DNA from: Thermosulfuriphilus ammonigenes
Lineage (GTDB): Bacteria; Desulfobacterota; Thermodesulfobacteria; Thermodesulfobacteriales; ST65
Direction of reading: 5' to 3'
Length of the DNA stretch: 32,000 nucleotides
NCBI RefSeq assembly: GCF_011207455.1
Contig: NZ_CP048877.1
Span: 84,576-116,575 of the forward strand
Shown: positions 26,171-32,000 of the stretch, one piece after another
Position numbering within the stretch: position 1 is the stretch's first letter
How the letters are laid out: each line of letters opens with the position of its first letter
Position numbers and translations under genes: made by a program
Notes under the pieces: model-generated
What the model was told of the DNA's origin: nothing
Database searches by the model: none
What the model saw: only the letters and a program-made list of their open reading frames with translations

Positions 26171-26849
26171 GATTAGGATAGCCCTCAAGCTGGGTTAAAA
26201 CGTCCTGATAACTCAGGTCAAACCAATGGCGATAGGCATCGGCGACGGCAAAAAAAGGCCCCTCTCGTATGTTAGGACAGTAAATCTCATCCACCACCGA
26301 GGCCAGGCGCCCGATACTAGAGAGGGAGGCAGTGGGCACAGCTACTATTATTCGAGAGGCCCCCTTGCGTCGAACCATATTGGCTGCCGCCAGCATAGTG
26401 TAACTAGAGGCCAGGCCATCATCGACTAAAACAACCGTTTTTCCTGTTAGATTGGGGAAGGGACGACCTTTACGGAAGAGTTCATCGCGCCGCCGGAGTT
26501 CTTCTTTTACCTCTTGGGCTATCTGCTGGATGGTGCCTGGATCCAGCCGGAGTCGGGCCACTAAATCCTGATTAAGAAAAAGGTCTCCTTCCATTGTTAT
26601 GGCTCCGAAACCAGCTTCTGGATTGCCAGGGACAGGGAGCTTACGGATAATAATAAGATCCAATGGGGCCTCTAGGGCCCTGGCCACCTCAAGGCCTACA
26701 GGCACTCCTCCGGCCGGAATAGCTAAAACTAAGGGGCTCTCATCTTTTAGGGTAAGGAGCATCTGGCCCAGCTTCTTTCCAGCCTCGGTCCGATCAAGAA
26801 AGACATACTGGCGGTTTCTTAGTTTGGGGTCATCAAAGATAAGGGCCAT
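26160..26849 (-). CDS. Phosphoribosyltransferase-fold protein (COG1926-like putative PRTase)
   Basis: The track ORF starts at 26873. The ATG at 26849 has a purine-rich AAGGGGAAAG upstream. FLDRTEAGKKLGQML, LVLAIPAGGVPVG and the PRPP-loop-like VVLVDDGLASSYTM are present. Confidence 0.75.
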   Translation of the reverse strand: MALIFDDPKLRNRQYVFLDRTEAGKKLGQMLLTLKDESPLVLAIPAGGVPVGLEVARALEAPLDLIIIRKLPVPGNPEAGFGAITMEGDLFLNQDLVARLRLDPGTIQQIAQEVKEELRRRDELFRKGRPFPNLTGKTVVLVDDGLASSYTMLAAANMVRRKGASRIIVAVPTASLSSIGRLASVVDEIYCPNIREGPFFAVADAYRHWFDLSYQDVLTQLEGYPNHEF

Positions 26850-26911
26850 GGCTCTTTCCCCTTTTCTTACCATAGGAAAGAGAAGAGGCCTTTGTCAAAA
26901 GGCAAACAGAA

Positions 26912-27853
26912 CTAAAGATCAGCTTCTTCGATCTGTCTGAAGCGCTTAAGGATTTTTTCTCCCGTGGAGACAAGTTTCTGAGCCTCTTGGTAGGTCAGAT
27001 CAAACCTCCGGAGGAGTTTTTCCATATGATCCTGAAAGCGGCTAAAATCTTGGGCTAGATACCCCAACTCCTGACGGATCTGGGCCATCTTCTCTCCGGC
27101 TGAGTAATCCTTGATTACGGCCAAAGCAGTAGTCAAGACAGCCATCAAGGTGGTAGGTGAGGCCAGCCAGACTCGTTTTCTCTGGGCCAGTTCTACCAGG
27201 TCTGGATGGTGAGCTTGAATCTCGGCAAAGATGGCCTCAGCGGGGACAAACATTACCGCCCCCTCAGCGGTCTCACCAGGGATAATATATTTTTCAGCGA
27301 TATCCAAGATGTGCTTACGAACATCGGCCTTAAATTGACGAATCGCCGCTTCTTTCTCGCTAGTGGATAGGTCCGGATCTGTTAGTCGTCGGTAGTTCTC
27401 TAGGGGAAATTTGGCGTCAATGACCAGGGCCTTAATAGGTGGAGGCAGGAAAACAACACAATCAGCCCGGCAACCATTAGAGAGACGCTCCTGTAAGGAA
27501 AAACATCTTTCGGGCAAAAGTTCCCGAACGATAATGCTCAACTGGGCCTCACCCAAGGCCCCTCGGGCTTGCTTGTTCTGAAGGATCTGCTGGAAGGAAA
27601 AAAAATTTTGGGAGATTTCTCTAAGTTGTTCCTGAGTCTGATCTAAACGGTAGAGGAGTTCTCTTAACCTTTGTTCTTGGCCGAAAAGACCCTGGTCAAG
27701 CCCTCGGGAGAAGGTATCTTTTACCTCGGCTAGCCCACGATTGATCTCTTCTTTGGTGATCTTTTCAGCCGTTCGAAGACGTATAACTAACCAGATAAGG
27801 GCTACCAGGAGCAGACCATCAACCAGGAGCAGAAGCCAAAGACCCTCCTTCAT
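26912..27853 (-). CDS. rmuC: DNA recombination protein RmuC
   Basis: 313-aa ORF with an N-terminal TM helix (LWLLLLVDGLLLVALIWLVI) and a coiled coil. The RmuC core includes ARGALGEAQL, RADCVVFLPPP, VIDAKFPLENY, AVMFVPAEAIFAE and VWLASPTTLMAVL. Confidence 0.9.
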   Translation of the reverse strand: MKEGLWLLLLVDGLLLVALIWLVIRLRTAEKITKEEINRGLAEVKDTFSRGLDQGLFGQEQRLRELLYRLDQTQEQLREISQNFFSFQQILQNKQARGALGEAQLSIIVRELLPERCFSLQERLSNGCRADCVVFLPPPIKALVIDAKFPLENYRRLTDPDLSTSEKEAAIRQFKADVRKHILDIAEKYIIPGETAEGAVMFVPAEAIFAEIQAHHPDLVELAQRKRVWLASPTTLMAVLTTALAVIKDYSAGEKMAQIRQELGYLAQDFSRFQDHMEKLLRRFDLTYQEAQKLVSTGEKILKRFRQIEEADL

Positions 27854-28116
27854 GGAGACTTTCCTTGAGGGACGTAAAGACAGAATGACTGTTTCCGGGA
27901 CAAAAGGGCCGTCTTTCTAGCGGCCTTAGACAGGGAATCATGGATGATTCCTTCCCGATAAACCAGGTTGGCCGTGTCTTTAGTGGATAGGCCGAAAAGA
28001 GAAGGATAAGCACTTCTGTCGTACCCATTGTCAGCCTTTTGGGTAGGCAGGATGGCCTTCAGGAAGGCAACTAATTTCATGGGGAAATTACTACCGACTA
28101 GGGCGGGAAAAGACAA
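27850..28116 (-). CDS. Hypothetical small protein (88 aa; possibly not coding)
   Basis: The ORF stop overlaps the rmuC ATG. No recognisable motif is present, and neither candidate ATG has a Shine-Dalgarno sequence. The first codons lie inside a hairpin that follows the HD-GYP stop. Confidence 0.25.
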   Translation of the reverse strand: MSFPALVGSNFPMKLVAFLKAILPTQKADNGYDRSAYPSLFGLSTKDTANLVYREGIIHDSLSKAARKTALLSRKQSFCLYVPQGKSP

Positions 28117-28127
28117 GCCTTTTGGCT

Positions 28128-29408
28128 TCAGGCGGCCTTTCTCTCCTCTACTTCCTGTCGAATGCGCTGATAGGCCTGACGACGTTCTTCCTGAGCGCGT
28201 CGCCTAATCTCGTTGATTTCTTCAAAATTTTCTAAGGCCAGAGAGACTACTCGGGGATCAAGGGCCGCACCAGCCATGTCTTTAAGGATACTGGCCACTT
28301 TTTTACCATCCATGCTCTTTCGGTAGGGGCGGTCTTCGCAGAGGGCCACGAAGACATCGGCCACGGCCATTATTCTTGACCCCAGGGAAAGGTTGGTATC
28401 GTTAAGACGGAAGGGATAACCGCGACCATCAAGCCTTTCATGGTGAAAGGAGGCCCATTGGTTAACTGTCTCAAGGTGAGGGATGGTCTCCAGGATGTGA
28501 TAGGTAAAATAGGTGTGCCCCCGCATCACACTCACCTCTTCGGCATTAAGGGGGCCAGGTTTGTTAAGGATCTCCTCGGAGACGGCCAGCTTCCCCAAGT
28601 CATGAAGATAGCCGGCTACCCGCATAAGCCTCCTTTCCAGCGGTGAGAAGCCGAACATCTCTGCCAGTTTTTCGGCTACCGCGGCCACTCCAGCCGAATG
28701 GGTAGCTGTAAAGGGGCTTCTCAGATCGATAATCAGAGAAAAGATACTTGTTAGCTGGTCAAGGTGTCCAAAACCAATGGATGTTCCGGCTTCCGGAAAG
28801 AGCTGAATGATGACGGAGTAGATTCGCGAAGAGGTAAGATCCAGCCAAAAGGACTCTCGGGAGGAGATTTCCAGGAAGGCCTCTACCACCTCAGGGGCAA
28901 ACTTTTCCCCTATCTTGGAACCGATAGCCTTGCGGAGGCTTGGGGCCTGAAGAAGAACGGGACGGTTGCGCCAGATCATGGTTTCCAGGCGGTCGGCCAG
29001 TCGGATAATATTAGCCCCCAAAGGCAGAGGTTCGCCATCAACACCCCGGGCCTGTCCATAAGACCAATCCACATGATGATAACGGATAAATTCTGCGGCC
29101 CGCTGAAAGGGAGAAAACTCTCTCAGAATCAAATAGCCCAGCTCCATGTGGTGATGGATATTTTGCTTCTCCTCCTCAATGCGCAGGCCTTCTAGTTTTT
29201 CGCGGATGGTGAACAGGCCAATATCATGGAGACTGGCCGCATAAAGAAGACTCTCTATAGTGGCGGGGCTGAGGTCCAAGGCCCGGGCAATAGCCACCGA
29301 GGCATAGGTCACCCGTAGCTGATGGTCCACCAGCGAGGGATGAGCACAGTCCAGGGCATCTGCCAGCGAAAGGATAATCTTCTTCAGGGCAATAGTGGCC
29401 TCTTTCAT
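28128..29408 (-). CDS. Tandem HD-GYP protein (degenerate N-terminal plus canonical C-terminal domain), probable c-di-GMP phosphodiesterase
   Basis: 426-aa ORF. Domain 1 has HQLRV, ASLHDIGL and RYHHVDWSYGQARGVDG, with no GYP motif. Domain 2 has THSAGVA, GYLHDLGKLAV, MRGHTYFTYHIL and FHHERLDGRGYP. Confidence 0.9.
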   Translation of the reverse strand: MKEATIALKKIILSLADALDCAHPSLVDHQLRVTYASVAIARALDLSPATIESLLYAASLHDIGLFTIREKLEGLRIEEEKQNIHHHMELGYLILREFSPFQRAAEFIRYHHVDWSYGQARGVDGEPLPLGANIIRLADRLETMIWRNRPVLLQAPSLRKAIGSKIGEKFAPEVVEAFLEISSRESFWLDLTSSRIYSVIIQLFPEAGTSIGFGHLDQLTSIFSLIIDLRSPFTATHSAGVAAVAEKLAEMFGFSPLERRLMRVAGYLHDLGKLAVSEEILNKPGPLNAEEVSVMRGHTYFTYHILETIPHLETVNQWASFHHERLDGRGYPFRLNDTNLSLGSRIMAVADVFVALCEDRPYRKSMDGKKVASILKDMAGAALDPRVVSLALENFEEINEIRRRAQEERRQAYQRIRQEVEERKAA

Positions 29409-29444
29409 CCTGTCTGTTTTTATCGGTTTAAAGTGGAAGACTCT

Positions 29445-30365
29445 TTAGGAGAGACGGTAAAAGCATCGACCGGAAAAAGGATAGGCTTTTAAGCGCCCTG
29501 AAGTTGTTAGGGCCTCGATGAGTTTTTCTACCTCGCCCGGTGAATAACCCAGAGCCATGGCCAGCTCCTGAACATCGGCAGGCCGGCGGCGCAAAAACTC
29601 CATTACGGCTTCCTCCGGGGGGATGTGGCTTCTGGCCCGAGCCACTCGATTTTTGGCGACGATGATTTCAGCTCGAGGGCCGAAGATGTTCTGGGCCTCC
29701 TCAAGCACTTGATAGGCTACGGGCCTGGCTCGAGAATCAGCCGGAGGGCGGACTACGGTATTTATCTGTATCTTGTCTGGATTTATAGCTTGGAGGGCCT
29801 CGGAGAGCCTTGTGAGCTCTTGCGGAGAATCGTTAATCCCAGAGGCCAGAAGAACCTCCAGCCAGATTTGCCCCCGGAACTCTCTTCGCAGCTGAACAAG
29901 CCCCTCGATGATAGATTCGATCTTCAAGCCAGGTGCCGGGCGGTTTATGGCCAAAAAAGCCTCTTGGCTGGCAGCATCCAGGCTGGGGAGCAGGATATCA
30001 AACCCCGTTACAGCCTCACGAACCTCCCTTAAAAAAAACAGGGAGCTGTTGGTCAAAAGACATAGTGGTTTTGAGGTCAGCCGACGAATCTCTTCTAGCA
30101 GTGAGGTCAGTTCTGTGTTGAGAGTAGGTTCTCCAGAGCCGGTGAGGGTAATGACATCCAGGTCCTTTACCTGCTTGAGGACTTCTTTTAGCTGGCTAAT
30201 TATAATCTCTTTGGAGATGTAAGGGGCCCGTTGACAGGTAAGTTTGGTGGTGCGTCCTACCTCGCAATAAAGACAATCAAAGGAGCAGATCTTACTGGGG
30301 ACCAGGTCCACCCCCAGAGAAAGCCCCAGACGTCTGGATTTCACCGGGCCAAAGACATATTGCAT
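29445..30365 (-). CDS. Radical SAM enzyme with C-terminal winged-helix-like tail
   Basis: 306-aa ORF. The N-terminus is FGPVKSRRLGLSLGVDLVP. The CxxxCxxC cluster motif is CSFDCLYC and the SAM-binding motif is TLTGSGEPTL. The C-terminal ~55 aa (EFLRRRPADVQELAMALGYSPGEVEKLIEALTTSGRL) look like a wHTH. Confidence 0.85.
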   Translation of the reverse strand: MQYVFGPVKSRRLGLSLGVDLVPSKICSFDCLYCEVGRTTKLTCQRAPYISKEIIISQLKEVLKQVKDLDVITLTGSGEPTLNTELTSLLEEIRRLTSKPLCLLTNSSLFFLREVREAVTGFDILLPSLDAASQEAFLAINRPAPGLKIESIIEGLVQLRREFRGQIWLEVLLASGINDSPQELTRLSEALQAINPDKIQINTVVRPPADSRARPVAYQVLEEAQNIFGPRAEIIVAKNRVARARSHIPPEEAVMEFLRRRPADVQELAMALGYSPGEVEKLIEALTTSGRLKAYPFSGRCFYRLS

Positions 30366-30495
30366 AGGAAAAAGATACCCCGACTGCTCTTTTGGTCAAG
30401 CCAATAGCCGTTTTCGGCGGGAAAGCCTTTTCCTGGCTGATCTTTTAGGTTAAAGATCTTAACTGACCGCATTTCAGCTCTTCCAGGAGGAGAAT

Positions 30496-32000
30496 ATGGG
30501 GAATCTTCACATCGGTCTTGATGTCGGCTCTGGCGGGGCCAAGATCGTTGTTCTTGATGACCAGGCCCAAATTCTCTTTGAGGATTATCGCCGCACCCAT
30601 GGTCAGCCCATTCAGACGGCAAATGCCATGCTTAAAGAGATGGAAGAGGCCATTGGCGAAGCAAATTTTACCATTACCTGTACCGGTACCGCCGGGAAAT
30701 TTCTGGCCCGACTCTTAGGGGTCAACTTTATAAACGAGGTTATCTGTCATACCAAAGGAGTGGAGTTCTTTCATCCCGAGGCCCGGACCATTATTGATAT
30801 TGGTGGCGAGGATTCTAAGCTCATCTTTGTTGGTCATGGTCAGGACGGCCGCTTTTATATTGAAGACTTTGCCCTCAATACCATGTGTGCCGCGGGCACA
30901 GGGGCCTTTCTTGACCAACAGGCCGCCCGTTTAGGTTATTCTATAGAGGAATTTAGCCGGTTGGCCTTAAAGGCTAAGACTATCCCCCGAATCGCCGGTC
31001 GCTGCACGGTCTTCGCTAAGTCAGACATGATTCATCTCCAGCAGGCCGCTGTTCCCGACTATGAGATTATTGCCGGTCTATGTTTTGCCATTGTTCGTAA
31101 CTTAAAGAGCAATATTGCCAAAGGTCGGCGTATCCGGCCTCCCCTTGTCTTCCAGGGAGGGGTGGCGGCCAATTATGGGGTGCGCCGGGCCTTTGTAGAG
31201 ATTTTTCATCTCAAAGACGGTGAACTAATTATCCCTAAACACTTTGCTACTATGGGGGCTATCGGGGCTGCCCTTCACTCTCTGGAACAGGCCTCTTGGG
31301 CCAGCCCCTATCCAGGGCGTAAGCCTCTTATGGACTATCTCTCGGGAACCCGGGAGAAGACTAAACGGTTCCCCCCTCTTAAGTCACCTCAGGGACGTCC
31401 CCGGACTTTCTCCTCTCAGGATGAGGCCCCATCTGGCCCCATTGAGGCCTATCTTGGTATAGACGTAGGTTCTGTTTCCACCAAGGTGGTGATTATCGAC
31501 AAAAATCTTCGGCTCTTAGCCAAGAAGTACCTTTACTCTTCTGGAAGGCCTCTTGAGGCCATTAAAGAGGCCTTAGAGGCCATTTCCCGGGATCTTCCCC
31601 CAGAGGTAGAGATTTGCGGGGTGGGCACCACTGGTTCGGGGCGTTATCTAACGGGGGATTTTGTTGGAGCTGATATTATTCGTAATGAGATCACAGCCCA
31701 GGCCACAGCAGCCGCAGCCGTAGATCCCGAAGTGGACACCATTATCGAGATCGGGGGGCAGGATTCGAAATTCATCCGTCTGGAGAGAGGAACTATAGTA
31801 GACTTTAACATGAACAAGGCCTGCGCTGCTGGAACCGGTTCCTTCCTTGAAGAGCAAGCCGTCCGACTGGGTATTTCGATTGAAGACTTTGGCAGATTGG
31901 CCTTAAAAAGTCAGGCTCCGGTGAAGATGGGGGAACGGTGTACAGTCTTTATGCAGAGTGACCTTGTCCATTATCAACAGCGAGGCATCCCTAAGGAGGA
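30496..32000 (+). CDS. Double BcrAD/BadFG-type ASKHA ATPase (CoA-substrate-specific enzyme activase-like), 3'-truncated by the window edge
   Basis: This gene is absent from the ORF track because no stop lies in the window. I translated it by hand: the ATG at 30496 lies 3 nt after AGGAGGAG, and the frame stays open to 32000 (501 codons). Copy 1 has HIGLDVGSGGAKIVV, IIDIGGEDSKLI, NTMCAAGTGAFLDQQA and GRCTVFAKSDMIHLQQ. Copy 2 (from ~31450) has YLGIDVGSVSTKVVI, IIEIGGQDSKFI, NKACAAGTGSFLEEQA and ERCTVFMQSDLVHYQQ. Confidence 0.85.
   Translation, partial: MGNLHIGLDVGSGGAKIVVLDDQAQILFEDYRRTHGQPIQTANAMLKEMEEAIGEANFTITCTGTAGKFLARLLGVNFINEVICHTKGVEFFHPEARTIIDIGGEDSKLIFVGHGQDGRFYIEDFALNTMCAAGTGAFLDQQAARLGYSIEEFSRLALKAKTIPRIAGRCTVFAKSDMIHLQQAAVPDYEIIAGLCFAIVRNLKSNIAKGRRIRPPLVFQGGVAANYGVRRAFVEIFHLKDGELIIPKHFATMGAIGAALHSLEQASWASPYPGRKPLMDYLSGTREKTKRFPPLKSPQGRPRTFSSQDEAPSGPIEAYLGIDVGSVSTKVVIIDKNLRLLAKKYLYSSGRPLEAIKEALEAISRDLPPEVEICGVGTTGSGRYLTGDFVGADIIRNEITAQATAAAAVDPEVDTIIEIGGQDSKFIRLERGTIVDFNMNKACAAGTGSFLEEQAVRLGISIEDFGRLALKSQAPVKMGERCTVFMQSDLVHYQQRGIPKE

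Noticed and set aside
27819-28028. 69-aa minus-strand ORF overlapping the rmuC start
   Set aside because: It overlaps rmuC by 35 nt in another frame, has no RBS or motif, and competes with the equally weak 88-aa ORF.

Overview
Compact, gene-dense window from a diderm bacterium that is probably thermophilic, since it carries an intact reverse gyrase. No rRNA, tRNA, CRISPR array, transposase or integrase is visible. Left part (157-6265, minus strand): a tightly coupled four-gene cluster of TonB-dependent outer-membrane receptor, orphan periplasmic binding protein, hybrid histidine kinase and a ModA-like binding-fold protein without a signal peptide. No ABC permease or ATPase is present. Next come an M24 aminopeptidase and an MBL-fold hydrolase (minus strand), a structured ~300-nt divergent spacer, reverse gyrase (plus strand, converging on and overlapping maf-tatD), and an HDOD protein. 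A ~570-nt AT-rich spacer with 10-bp phased repeats precedes a beta-barrel outer-membrane protein gene. The right half (15861-30365) is one 14.5-kb minus-strand run of 17 ORFs: radical SAM, tandem HD-GYP, a small unknown ORF, rmuC, a phosphoribosyltransferase-like protein, a polytopic histidine kinase ending in an 8-Cys domain, a complete nine-gene V/A-type ATPase operon in the order H-C-I-K-F-E-A-B-D, and a universal stress protein. The ORF track misses a plus-strand gene that runs off the right edge (30496->32000). It encodes a double BcrAD/BadFG-type (ASKHA) activase ATPase. The best candidates for undescribed biology are the envelope-spanning receptor/binding-protein/kinase module and the Cys-rich kinase fused onto the V-ATPase operon. 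All family assignments come from motif recognition by eye and have not been checked by any search.
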